A DNA stretch of 64,000 nucleotides from the human T2T-CHM13v2.0 reference genome, Homo sapiens. The translations under genes and the position numbers were made by a program. Under the pieces are notes generated by a model, which was given only the letters and a program-made list of their open reading frames with translations, had not been told where the DNA came from and ran no database searches. Positions within the stretch are counted from its first letter, which is position 1, and each line of letters starts with the position of its first letter. The stretch lies in the NCBI RefSeq assembly GCF_009914755.1, contig NC_060926.1; one strand, 5' to 3'. Shown in pieces: positions 1 to 13,487 of this stretch.

Positions 1-3000
1 TGCACAGGGAAACAACCAGGCAGCCGCACTGAGCAGCCTTTTGATACAGTCCAGATGCTCTCAGGCACAGGCAACGTGCAGAGGGGTCCCAAATGGCAAT
101 CCTGCACTTCCAGAATGGCCTCGATGTCAAGTAGCCTCACACATTAGGAACTCCTTTAAAATAAATGGAAATGGGTGGAAAACATCCACGAATATGCACA
201 TTGGAAATAACAGGCAGGACAGACACAGCACCTGTGCCGGGCTGTAGGGTGGGCGGGAAAGCCAGGCCTGTGTCCCAGCCTAAGGGGCAGTTCACCCCCA
301 CAGGGCTCTTGAGAAGCCAGGAGATGGCTCTTCTTCCTCCTGAGCAGGAGAGGGTTCACAGTATGCCTGGCAGTGGGAGAAAGGGGTGTGCAGGGCCTCT
401 CGCTGTGAAAACAGGCTTGGGGCACTTCTTAGAACTGCGAAGAAGACTTTCAGCTGCTCCCCTGCCCTGTGTCTGACACATGGCTGCTGGCATAGGGCCC
501 AGCCTCCCCAGTGAACTCCACTGGGACTTGCTTATGTGGTTGTTTTCCAGCGCCCCAAGGCAGCCACCTCTCCTGCTTCCTAACCACCTCCTCTTCCTGG
601 GTCTGTAACACGGGTTTGCATTAAGGTTCCAGGCCCTCTGCCCTCCTTTCCCTGCACATTCCTTCCAGGCTCCATTGTCTCCCATAATTACCTCTTCCCT
701 GTTGGCAGCTCCCTGATTTCCAGCTCCAACCCTGAAACCCAGCTCCACTCTAGCAGCCACCTGCCGGCAGCTGTGAGGTGTCTTCCACTCCAGAACCCTC
801 TCTCACCCTTTCCTGGGGTACCCACTCCTGGCTCAAACCTGACTGATTTTTGATCCCTTGCACTTCTCTAATTCCAAATTCTACAGATTCTTCCCCAAAA
901 CCTTCTAAACAAATCCATCCCCAGATATGAAAAGATGACCTAACGGCAGGAATCAGGAGTGAGCCACAGGCAGCAGTGGCCTCCAGAATCATAGAAGGGT
1001 GCACATTCCATACCCCACCAGCCCAGAGAAACTCATCCACAGACAAAAACACCATGCTGGTCAATCAGGATACAAGCCATAGTTTTCAACTTCTGCTCAA
1101 AAAAGTAGAATCCAAACTCCCTAGCCTGTCATTTAAAAAATTTTCCATGAGCTGCTCTCACCTTAAATTTCAGTCCTTGCTGCTCCACTGGGAGCGTCTG
1201 ATCTGGTGAGACTGGACAAGGAATTTTCCCTCATGCTTGGGGCAGCATCTTATCTTCCCACCACTTGCATCTGTCCATTCTTTGAGGGCAGTTGAAATGC
1301 CGCTTGCTCCCTGAGCCTGCAGGGCCAGTGCTCTCCTTTGACAGCACCCATGAGAGCCACCTGGCCAGGCTGTTGGGACATGTTCCTCACTCATCTCCCT
1401 TCTCCATCAGTGGCCTTCAGGGAAAACTATAGCAGTGTGGGAACCCCACCTGTGGTGGTGACACAGGCCCCATGACCCAGGGCCCTTCAGTGGATGGGGA
1501 CAGGTCCCTGATCTCAGGGCTGCAGGTTACCTAGCTGGGTCCTGCCCTGCCCCCTTTAGAAACCATGCTCCCAGACAAGACCCCATCCAGGGTGGAAGAG
1601 CAGCCCAGCCCCGCCCTGCAGCTGCACTCACTCCCAGCTGTTCCAGGGCCTGTGCAAAGCAATTGCCTCCTGAGCCCGGGCTGCAGCTGCAAGCACACAT
1701 GTAGGAGGAAGGGAGGCGGGGGCCAAGCAGCAGATGAGGCTGCAGCCTGCAATTACAGTGGGCCAGTGGGCCAGCTCAAGTATGGCTGGGCAGAGGAGGC
1801 GAGGCTGGGGGCTGATGTGGTTCTCGTGTCTCTTGGCCTAAGAACTTACATCTGGGCGCTGAGGGAAAGGGCAGTGCCACAGGGGCACAGAGCGGGTGTC
1901 CCAGGGGCTGGGAATTTATGCCGCTGCTAGGGTGGAGGCTTGGGTCCCACTGTCTGTAGGATGTGGGAAGGGCTGAGTGTGGATGGGGCCCACACTTGTG
2001 ACGCTTCCTGAATGTCTGCATTGCACACTAAGCTCTTGCATCCAGCCCTGGACTCAGGCGTTCAGAAGAAGCTTCCACAGTGGCACTGGGCCTGAGGAGT
2101 CAGGAGCCCATCCCTGGTGCTCAGCAGCCCCCGGGTCCTTCCGCGTGGTGACCCTTGGTGACTGAGGCCTGAGGTTCAAGGCAGTCAGGGTTCTCATGGG
2201 CAGGCTGCAGCTGCTGCTGTACTGCCGGGCCAAGGGGCAGCTCCATCGCATCCCCCAATATGGAGACACCATCTTCACATAAAATCACACTCAGAGGCTC
2301 TGAGCAGATGTGAATTTGGGAAACACTTCAGCTGAGGACAAACACCAACTTCAGGAGGGGCAGCTTCCTGGGGCAGCCCAGCTTGACTCACATCAAGGCC
2401 TGGCAGACCCAGGGGGCACATTCCACCTCTGTGCAGTGGGGGCTCAGGCAACTTCCTTGGGGAGTCTCTGACCTGGGTTCTCCTGTGCCTGGGACCAGTC
2501 AAGGAAGGAGCTGCTCCCTGTCCTTGGAAAGGGTGCGCTAGGCCATAGCATGGGGCCTGGTGCTGGCAGGGGAGGGTTTCAGAGCCAGAGGAATGTGTGT
2601 GGGCTGAAGGTGGCAGCGCTGGGATGGCGAAGGGTCCAGCAGGGAGCATAGGGTTGGGGGACGTGGGTGCCAAGGCCCAGAAGCCAGGAGGAGGCAGGAG
2701 GGACAGCATTGTGCCTAGAACCTGGGAAGAGACAGAGGGGATCCCCAAGGTGGGTCCCCAGTTTAAAGTCGCAGGTGCCCTCTGCTGTGGCCACAGATGG
2801 CCAGGGAATAGGAAAACCCCACAGTGGAGTTGGCCCAGGCAGGGCTGAACACCCATTGGGAGCACCCCAAGTGCAGGGTGGGCGACTGGGAGCTGGCCTG
2901 GGGGTACAGCTGCTGCCCGGCTGACTAAAATTCACCAGTGGTTGCCGTGGTTCAGATGTCCCTCTCATGGCCATGACTGGGGGACACAGTGGAGAATGGG

Positions 3001-4306
3001 CACAGGCTCCCAGGTCAGTGAGGACAGTGCAGGTGTCGGGGACTTGAGGGAGGGGAGTAGCACTGGGCAGGCCCCTGGCCAAGCCTGGATGACGGGGCAG
3101 GAAGAAGGGCAGGGAGTACCATGTGCCCGGCCGTGCACTGTGGACACGGGGGCTTCCCTGCTCCCGTCCTGGTGGCCAGAGTGAGGATGTTCTGTGCTTC
3201 TTCAAGGACATCAACCGCCTCCCCTTCCTGGGACCTTGGACAAGGTGCACTGTCCAGGTTCCCCCCACCGGCCTCACAGGGTCTGGTGAGTACGGCAGTG
3301 GGACAGGGCCACTCTTGGCCCAGGCTGCAGTGAGCACTCAGCCAACCTGGCCACAGTCTGGTCACTGGGGACCTGGTGTCTGCTGCCCACAGGCCTAAGG
3401 ACCCCAACACCCGTCCCAGCCCAGGCTCCCCAAGGCTGGGCAGATGAGGGTGAGAGGCCCCTGTTCGCTGGGACCCATTCTTGACAGGCTGGGCTGGGCT
3501 GTGCAGGGGCACACCCGCTCTGGGGGGATGTGGGGTGGGGACACTTCTGGGCCTGGTTCTGTTGGCCCCAAGGACAGACATGGCATCCCTGGCAACAGCT
3601 ACACCAGAGGCTCAGGAGCCAGGAGACAGAGCCCAGGCCGGCTGGGCCCCTACTAGGGATGAGTTACAGGGGCTGCAGATGCAGAGGGACTCTCTGGGGG
3701 GGTCAGCACCAGGGAACAGACAGAGGCTGCAGTCCCCCCGCCCCAGGCTGGGACAGAGGATGAGCCAGCCCCCACCCTTCCCCACCCAGCATTCCCCAGG
3801 GGCTGCTGTCACCCTGCACACAAGAAGCTGTCCCAGGCTGTCACCATCTGACACTGCCCAGGCTCTCCCCTCGGAATCCCTGATTAGCAACTATGGCCAC
3901 CCTAGTCCCTCCCACTAACCTTGGGCAGAGCACAGGGACCCTGATCTCATCTCCACTGCTGCCACCTCCACCCCCAGTATGGTGCATAACTGGGCTGGGA
4001 GGGGGATCCCAGGACGGTGCACGCTTGGGGAGCCCCGGCACCCAGGCAGTGGGAGGCCAGGGAGGAGCCGTCCCTCTGGGCATAGCACGGTCACTGCAGA
4101 CCATGGGTCGGCCTCAGCGCTGAGGACCCACCAGCACACAGGAGGCGCTCAGTAAATGCTGGAGGAGTAAGTGACGGTCCACGTGGTGTGAAACTCCTGT
4201 GCCCTGGAGCCCTACCCAGACTCCAGCACCGTGACGTTTATTTCTCCCACCCCAAGCCCCCCTCAGTGACACCCTGGGACCCTTAACAAATGCCTTTTTC
4301 TTCCAG

Positions 4307-7300
4307 GGTCCATCTGGACCTCAGGGCCCTCTAGGATACCCAGGACCTCCAGGTGTCAAGGTAACTGACCTCCAGGCTGGGGATAAAGGACTGTGTTGAA
4401 GGGAGCGAGATGGGGTCTCAGGAGCTCACTCCTTCCAACCCACCTCCATCCCCTGGCCACTCTGTCATCCTCTAATTTCAGGGTGCAGATGGAAATCGGG
4501 GTCTGAAGGGCCATAAGATGCAAAGGTGAGCAGAATTTCCCAGCACCTCACTCCTGCCATTGCCGCTCCTCAGCCTGCCCCTGGCTGCCCTCCAGCTCCT
4601 GATCCCACCCTTCCACCCATGTTCTCAGAATCCTCCATTAGAGCCCCCGGCCCTCTGTCATCTGTGGGGTCATCTCACCTCCACCTTTCTCAGGGGATGG
4701 CTTTCTGAGGTTCAAAGGTGACGTAGATGTGAAAGGTGTCAGGCTGAGTAGAGACCCCACACTGGCCCCAACTCCATGTCCTAATGATTCTCCACTCTGG
4801 AGCCCCCAAGCACCGGTTCATTCCATGGAGGCCCCGGGTTCCTCAATTCCAGTGCTGTGCATCCTTGGGGGCCTGGTCCCTGCAGGACAGCAAACCCATG
4901 ATCTGCATCGCGCTGGCCCTGGATCACCACACTCTCTATACCCCACAGGCTCCCTCTCCTGCAACAGCTACTGGGATCCGCCAGCCCCACTCGGCCTCAC
5001 TGGTGCCCCTTTCTCCTCTGGGCCCAGACCTCATCCCCAGGCCTCCACGCTTACCTCTCCCACTCTCTCACTCATGGTGAGGCTGGAGCCCTGGTTCCAG
5101 AGGAGAGGATGGTCCCAAGGAGCAAAAGGAAACAATGAACTGACTAGAGATCCTGGGCTTCCCAGGGCTCACAGGCAAGATGATGATGGGAAGAGAGGTC
5201 TGTGCCTGGACCCTCTAGGGATGTGGGCACTAGGTCAGGACGGGCATGCAGGGTGCCCACAGCTGACATCAGCCAGTCAATTGAAGATGGCCGTGCCTTA
5301 ATTATGCTCCTCTCTCTGTAAACGGCACCTGCTGGCTGCTGATGGGTTGAGGAACCTATAGGAAAAGTCAAGGAAAAGCCACTGTGTGAAGAGTTGATTG
5401 GAGATGAGGCACAGAGTGGCTGCAGGTCCCAGGCAAAGTGAACATGCCCAGGCTCAGAGCAGTAGCTTCGAAAAGGGAGTGTCCAACAGCAGTGAGACTT
5501 GTGGTCTCCAGGGCTGACTCCCCCCAGCCCTCGCCATGTGCAGGCACTGTGCTAAGGTGTTCTCTCCATCCTGTTAGGTGGGCGTGGATGGTCCTGTTTT
5601 GCAGATGAGACTCTCCAGAGGCACAGGAAGGCTTGGTCATCACACCAGCAGTGATGGGCAGGCCAGGGGCTGAGTCAGGGCAGTCTGGCTGCAGAATTGC
5701 TGCTCCCAACCCTTGCTCCACAGCATCCTGGGCAGGAGGAGCCCTGGAACATCAGGAGGAAGGGGACAGGTTGGGGAGTTGGGGTGTTGTGCCACGTGGG
5801 CAAAGGGCAGGGGGCCTGCAGGGTGACTGATCTTGGTGGATGGAGCAGGAGTGGGTGCTGGGACAGATGGTACTGAGGTCGGCAGGTGGGCTGCAGCTGG
5901 ATCACAGTGACCCTGAGGACTTGACAGGGCTGCAGGCACAGGAAAGCAGGATCCCAGCACTAGAGTTGGGGAAAATTCACCCTCTGGAAGGAGATACTGC
6001 AAAAGGCAGCCATGGGGCAGGAGAGAAGGGGCTAGGAGCTGGGGTGTGTGGGTGCACTGGGGGATGGGGCATGGCCCTCACATGTGAGGGTCGGGGTCTC
6101 CAGAAAGTAGCACCAGGGCCTCCTCTCACTCCTAATTGCTCCCTGTCCCTCCACAGGGCAAGCTGGGTGTTCCTGGTCTGCCTGGCTACCCCGGATGCCA
6201 GGAACTCAGGGTGACACCGGGTGTGTGCCCCTCCTCCTTTTCACTTCCCTGACTTCGATTCCAGGGAGCACAGACTAGCAGAGCAGTGGGGGGCCCTCAA
6301 GAGTGTTTAGCGGCCCCCAATCTACAGATGAGAGAGAGGCCGAGAGCAGCAGGGGTTTGTCCCAGGCCACCTCATTTGTGGCAGGATCCAGGTCTCCATG
6401 CCGCTGCCTGCATGGCCTCTGCTGGCCCCCTCTGCTCCTTCCCGAGCCTGACCTCTCATAACTTCTCAATTTCCCCGCTTCTCCTTCCTCACCAGGGACT
6501 CCTGGGATTTCCTGGCTTTCCTGGAGTCAGTGGGGAGAACGGAGCCTGAGGAAGCTGGGGATAGGGAGAAGGTGTGGAGGGAAAGGCTGGAGGGGTGTGG
6601 GGGGGGCTCTGTGGGGAGGCACGCCCCGGGGGATGTCCACTCCATTCCCACCAGGGCCTGTCAAGGAAGTCAGGGCCTCGAGGAGAATGGGGCCTCATGG
6701 CAAGTGCAAGGGAGAGAAACAGGGGGCTCAAGGTCCAAATGGGTTTGGGTTTTTCTGACAACAACACTCCCCTCTCTAGGGTCCACAGGGTCAGCCGGGT
6801 CCTTGAGGTGCCACTGGGAAGTCTGGAGCTAAGGTCAGTGGTCTCTGCAGGGCTCCCCCTGACCCCTGCCCACTGAGCCCCAGCTCTCCCTCAACCACCT
6901 GACCTTGGGGACAACTGAGGAGCAGCTCCTCCCACTCTGTTTCCCCCATAGGGAACATCGGGGGCGAAGGCCTCCATGGGCCCCCCAGAGACAGGGTGTG
7001 TGTGGCATGAGTGTCCTCTCTCTCCATGCTCCCAGGGAGCCTGGGTGAGCCAGCTCCTTCCTCACCCCAGTGAGGACCCCAGCCCCTGCCCCCATTCTCC
7101 TGACTCAGCCCACCTCTGTCCCTAGGGTCTTCCTGATTAATGTGTCTGGTCCTCTGCCTCCCTTTCCCCAGGCCATAAACTCTAGTCTTGTCTCAGGGGC
7201 CAAGAGAAGCCCCTTTCCCCAGGAGGGCTTCACTGTCTCCCTGTAGTGACCTTGGAGCACTTATCCTGGCCTCTGCCCCAGAAATGGGCCCACCTCCCTA

Positions 7301-8028
7301 AGCAATGACGCCTATTTCTGCTCCTCCCTCAGGGCCCACAAAGCGCCCCAGGAGGCATTGGGAACCTGGGTCCCCCTGGAGAGATGGTCACTGGGAAGGG
7401 GGTGAATGGACAAGTATTTCAACTGAGGGATGAAAGTTGGTTTTCTGACAACTTTGATTGGGGAGACATAAAAGAATGAGATGTGAGGAATACCAGGATT
7501 TTCTGATGGGGCAAATAGGTTTTTGACATCAATCTCTTTGCAGGGGGAGCCAGGAGATTCAGGATCTCCAGGGATCCAGGGTGAGCCAGGTGTCAAGGAG
7601 ACTGACAGCTCCAGGGCCCTACTTTCCAACCCCTTTCACCCCCCTCACTGCCCCCCACTTTTCCTGTGACCTCTTTGAGCTGGAGCTCCTCTGTGGCCAG
7701 GAGTATCTGCTCTGGACCATACTCTCAATAAGCCCTTCCCCTCTTACCTCCAAGGGAAAGAGACCAGGGTCTCCCCTTATAGGCTGGACTTTCTGTGTCT
7801 GTCACATTGTCCCTGAGGGAAGTAGGGGGTGGCTGAAGGTGTCTTTGAAGCAGAGGCTGCATCCCTGATCTTCAAGAACCCCCAGACCATCTGTGCCCTT
7901 CACTTGTTCTGCAGCACCCATGTGGGGAGCATGGGGAGAATACAGTAGAGTTGGGGCAGCTGGGAGAGGCAGGACCACCAGGGCCTTAAAGGACACTGGG
8001 GTCAGGTGACCGCCCCAAAGGGAACCCT
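4307..8028 (+). pseudogene. COL11A2: Unprocessed COL11A2-like pseudogene, 5' exon block (triple-helix Gly-X-Y exons)
   Basis: Roughly 45/54/108-bp exons in COL11A2 order: 4307-4360 GPSGPQGPLGYPGPPGVK; 4482-4525 GADGNRGLKGHK; 4694-4743; 5076-~5182; 6157-6210 GKLGVPGLPGYPG; 6496-6549 GLLGFPGFPGVSGENGA*; 6655-6699 GLSRKSGPRGE; 6780-6833 GPQGQPGP*GATGKSGAK; 6952-6995; 7126-7135 (truncated); 7333-7386 GPQSAPGGIGNLGPPGEM; 7544-7597 GEPGDSGSPGIQGEPGVK; 7915-8028 ending PKGNP. Stops, frameshifts and mutated splice sites present. Confidence 0.9.
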
Positions 8029-8286
8029 GCAATTTTGGGGGCATGGAGGCTGAGGCTTCTCAGCCCTTGCGAATGACAGCCCTGGGATCATGGGTGACTG
8101 TGAGCAAGGATCTTGGAGTGTGGGGAGCCCAGGAGTGGGGGGATGCCTGGGAGGGAGGCTCTGGGAATGGGATCTCCTGGGAGGATTCTTGGGGTCTGGG
8201 ACCCAAAGAGAAAGTGAGAAAGGCCCTGTGGCTAATACCCTAAAGCATTAGATGGCATTCAGTGAGTGCATGAAGTGGAGAGGGGG

Positions 8287-8434
8287 CACTTCGATAAAAT
8301 CACTTTTCACCCTTCCTATGCAATCAAAGATATCCTAGGTTTAATTTTTCTCCTCCTCCTTTTAATAATGCTAGTACTATCTTCACTTGACCTCCTGAGT
8401 GACCTAGATAATTATGCCTTAGCCAACCCCTCAA
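8287..8434 (+). pseudogene. MT-CYB: CYTB internal fragment (NUMT left end)
   Basis: Translates as [16 protein letters not shown]...DNYALANP, the direct continuation of the CYTB piece that ends at 21237. Confidence 0.92.
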
Positions 8435-8435
8435 A

Positions 8436-10167
8436 ATAGTCATCTACTTTATTTTATGATCAGGATGAGCAACCTATTCAAACTATGACTAATCGGCACA
8501 TTACAAGCCATCGCCTAATTTCATATGAAGTTACCCTAGCCATCAGCCTATTATCAGTTCTACTGATAAGCAGCTTATCAGGGGAAATTCAGCCAGATAT
8601 CGGGTGAAATTCACCCCCGATATTTCACATAGGTTCTTTTCTATTTTCCCTAAGTGTTGGCTGGTCTGAGAAATAAAGGGACAGAGTACAAAAGAGAGAA
8701 ATTTTAAAGCTGGGTGTCAAGGGGAGACATCACATGTTGGCATGTTCCGTGATGCCCCCCGAGCCACAAAACCAGCAAGTTTTTCTTAGTAATTTTCAAA
8801 AGGGGAGGGAGTGTTCGAATAAGGTGTGCGTCACAGAGATCACATGCTTCACAAGGTAATAGAATATCACAAGGCAAATGGAGGCAGGGCAAGATCACAG
8901 GACCACAGGATCAGGGCGAAATTAAAATTACTAATGAAGTTTCGGGCACGCATTGTCATTGATAACATCTTATCAGGAAACAGGGTTTGAGAGCAGACAA
9001 CCGGTCTGGCCAAAATTTATTAGGCGGGAATTTCCTCATCCTAATAAGCCTGGGAGCGCTACAGGAGACTGGGGCTTATTTCATCCCACAGCTGTGACCG
9101 TAAAAGATGGCTGCCCCCAAAGCGGCCATTTTAGAGGCCTACCCTCAGGGATGCATTCTCTTTCTCAGGGATGTTCCTTGCTGAGAAAAAGAATTCAGTG
9201 ATATTTCTCCCATTTGCTTTTGAAAGAAGAGAAATATGGCTCTGTTCCGCCTGGCTCATTGGCAGAGTTTAAGGTTATCTCTCTTGTTCCCTGAACATTG
9301 CTGTTATCCTGTTCTTTTTTCAAGGTGCCCAGATTTCATATTGTTCAAACACACATGTTCTACAAACAATTTGTGCAGTTAACGCAATCATCACAGGGTC
9401 CTGAGGCGACATACATCCTCCTCAGCTTACGAAGATGACGGGATTAAGAGATTAAACTAAAGACAGGCATAGGAAATCACAAGGATATTAATTGGGGAAG
9501 TGATAAGTGTCCATGAAATCTTCACAATTTATGTTCAGAGACTGTAGTAAAGACAGGCGTAAGAAATTATAAAAGTACTAATTTGGGGAACTAATAAATG
9601 TCCATGAAATCTTCACAATCCACGTTCTTCTACCATGGCTTCAGCCGGTCCCTCCATTCGGGGTCCCTGACTTCCCCCAACAGCAGCTCATTCAATTTAT
9701 ATATACTTATCACAACACAAGAATCCCTCTGGCTACTCCTACCATCATGACCCCTAGCCATAATATTTATTTCTGCATTAGCAGAAACTAACCGAGCCCC
9801 TTTTGACCTAACAGAAGGAGAATCAGAGTTAGTCTCAGGTTTCAACATCAAATATGCCACAGGTCCATTTGCCCTCTTCTTTATAGCAGAATACATGAAT
9901 ATTATAATAATAAATTCCCTAACTACTACAATTTTCCTAGGAACAATTACACTCTATGTATTCACCAGAACTCTATACTACATATTTCATTACCAAGACC
10001 CTCCTCTTAACCTCCCTATTTTTATGAATTCGAACAGCTTATCCCCAATTCTGCTATGATTAACTTATACATCTCTTATGAAAAAACTTTCTACCACTTA
10101 CACTAGCATTCTGTGTATGATACATCTCAATACCCATCATAATCTCCAGCATCCCACCCCAAACGTA
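8436..10167 (+). pseudogene. MT-ND1: ND1 pseudogene, 5'-truncated, split by MER11
   Basis: ..LWSGW.. and SYEVTLAI before the LTR; [22 protein letters not shown] after it. Confidence 0.93.
8576..9682 (-). mobile_element. MER11 solo LTR (HERV-K11/HML-8)
   Basis: Minus strand begins TGTTGGGGGAAGTCAGGGACCCCGAATGGAGGGACCGGCTGAAGCCATGG; 1107 bp; 6-bp TSD GCAGCT at 8570-8575 and 9683-9688. Confidence 0.9.
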
Positions 10168-10236
10168 AGAAACATGTCTGACAAAAGAATTACTTTGACA
10201 GAATAAACAACAGAGGTTGAAATCCTCATATTTCTA
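10168..10236 (+). tRNA. mt-tRNA-Ile remnant (NUMT)
   Basis: AGAAACATGTCTGACAAAAGAATTACTTTGA.., follows ND1. Confidence 0.85.
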
Positions 10237-10305
10237 GGACTATAGGAATTGAACCCATCCCTGAGAATCCAAAATTCTCCATGCTACCTATCACACCACG
10301 TCCTA
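10234..10305 (-). tRNA. mt-tRNA-Gln remnant (NUMT)
   Basis: Sequence and position in the IQM cluster. Confidence 0.85.
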
Positions 10306-10306
10306 A

Positions 10307-10374
10307 AGTAAGGTCAGCTAAATAAGCTATCAGGCCCATATCCCAAAAATGTTGGTTACATCCTTCCCATACTA
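10307..10374 (+). tRNA. mt-tRNA-Met remnant (NUMT)
   Basis: AGTAAGGTCAGCTAAATAAGCTATCAGGCCCATA.. Confidence 0.88.
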
Positions 10375-11405
10375 ATTAACCTATTAGCTCAGCTTATCAT
10401 CTACTTTACTATTTCTACAGGTACCCTTATCACAATGCTAGCCTCACACTGATTTTTCATCTGAACAGGCTTAGAAAGAAATATACTAGCCCTCGCCCCA
10501 ATCTTAATTAAAAAATAAATCCCCGCTCCACAGAAGCAGCCACTAAATATTTCCTTATACAGGCAACCACATCTATAGTCCTCATAATCGGTATTCTCTC
10601 CAATAATCTGTTATCTGGACAGTGAACAACAATAAATACTGTTAATCAGTTTTCATCCCTAATAATAATAATAGCCTTAGTAATAAAATTAGGAATAACC
10701 CCCTTTCACTTCTGAGTTCCAGAAGTAACCCAAGGAACTTCTCTAACATCTGGCATACTTCTCCTCACGTGACAAAAACTAACCCCTATTTCAATTCAAT
10801 TCAATCAAATTTTTCCATCAATAAATACAAATATTCTCCTATCTATCTATTTTAGTGGGCAGTTGAGGAGGACTCAACCAAACACAACCATGTAAAATTT
10901 TAGCCTACTCCTCAACCACTCATATAGACTGAATAATAGCAGTACTAATGTATAACCCAAACATTACCATTTTTACCCTAATTATCTATTTCATCCCAAC
11001 AATTGCTGCATTCCAAGTACTCAACCTGAATTCAAGCACCACAACCTTATCACTATCTCACATTTAAAACAAATTAACATGATTAATATCTATAATCCTA
11101 TCAATTTTATTATCCCTAGGATGTTTACCCCCATTAACAGGATTCCTACCTAAATGAATTATTATCCAAGAGTTTACAAAAAATAAGTCTTATTATCCCA
11201 ACCATCATAGCCATCATAACTTTACTCAACCTATATTTTTATATATGCTTAATTTACTCCACTTCAGTGACAATATTCCCCACATCCAATAATATAAAAA
11301 GAAAATGACAGTTCGAAAACACAAAACCCGTATTATTCCTCCCCCCACTCATCATCTTCTCTACCTTCCTCCTACCAATATCTCCATTGACACTATTTAT
11401 AATCT
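10375..11405 (+). pseudogene. MT-ND2: ND2 pseudogene
   Basis: ATT start, [13 protein letters not shown] and PFHFWVPEVTQG motifs; frameshifts. Confidence 0.93.
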
Positions 11406-11473
11406 AGAAACGGAGGTTAAGTAAGACCAAGAGCCTTCGAAGCTCTTAGCAAGTACATTATACTGAAGTTCTG
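11406..11473 (+). tRNA. mt-tRNA-Trp remnant (NUMT)
   Basis: WANCY cluster; AGACCAAGAGCCTTCGAAGC. Confidence 0.82.
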
Positions 11474-11481
11474 CAAAAACC

Positions 11482-11550
11482 TAAGGACTGTAAAATTCTA
11501 CTCTGTATCAATTGAACGCAAATCAATCACTTTAATTAAGCTAAGCCCTT
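11482..11550 (-). tRNA. mt-tRNA-Ala remnant (NUMT)
   Basis: TAAGGACTG..AATTAAGCTAAGCCCTT. Confidence 0.85.
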
Positions 11551-11551
11551 A

Positions 11552-11624
11552 CTAGATTGATGGGACTTAAACCCACGAACATTTAATTAACAGATAAACA
11601 CCCTAATCAACTGGCTTCAATCTA
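11552..11624 (-). tRNA. mt-tRNA-Asn remnant (NUMT)
   Basis: CTAGATTGATGGGACTTAAACCCAC..CTGGCTTCAATCTA. Confidence 0.85.
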
Positions 11625-11659
11625 CTTCTCCTGCCATTGGGGGAGAAAGGTGGGAGAAG
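11625..11659. other. Light-strand replication origin (OL) hairpin remnant
   Basis: CTTCTCCTGCC-loop-GGTGGGAGAAG between Asn and Cys. Confidence 0.88.
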
Positions 11660-11722
11660 CCCCGGCAGGATTGAAGCTGCTTCTTTGAATTTGCAATTCA
11701 ACATGAAAATCACCTCGGGGCT
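11657..11722 (-). tRNA. mt-tRNA-Cys remnant (NUMT)
   Basis: AAGCCCCGGCAGG..GAATTTGCAATTCAA. Confidence 0.85.
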
Positions 11723-11786
11723 GGTAAAAAGAGGTCTTGATCTCTGTTTTTAGATTACAGTCTAATGCTTACTCAGCCATTTTACC
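11722..11786 (-). tRNA. mt-tRNA-Tyr remnant (NUMT)
   Basis: GGTAAAAAGAGG..CTCAGCCATTTTACC. Confidence 0.85.
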
Positions 11787-11803
11787 TTTTTCTCACTTCA
11801 CTT

Positions 11804-13345
<1,542 letters not shown>

Positions 13346-13347
13346 GT

Positions 13348-13416
13348 GAAAAAGGAGGGAATTGAACCCCCCACAGACTGGTTTCAAGCCAATCCCATAA
13401 CCTCTGTGACCTTCTC
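13348..13416 (-). tRNA. mt-tRNA-Ser(UCN) remnant (NUMT)
   Basis: GAAAAAGGAGGGAATTGAACCCC..GGTTTCAAGCCAA. Confidence 0.83.
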
Positions 13417-13419
13417 AAT

Positions 13420-13487
13420 AAGATATTAGTGAAATTATTTCATAACTTTGTCAAAGTTAAGTTATAGGTTAAGCCGTATATATCTTA
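13420..13487 (+). tRNA. mt-tRNA-Asp remnant (NUMT)
   Basis: CATAACTTTGTCAAAGTTAA anticodon arm. Confidence 0.85.

Noticed and set aside
41-4200. Numerous 60-250 aa ORFs
   Set aside because: GC-rich background; no recognisable homology and no collagen exons upstream of 4307.
9455-9625. Repeated TGTCCATGAAATCTTCACAAT units resembling a CRISPR or minisatellite
   Set aside because: Two copies only; internal tandem structure within the MER11 LTR.
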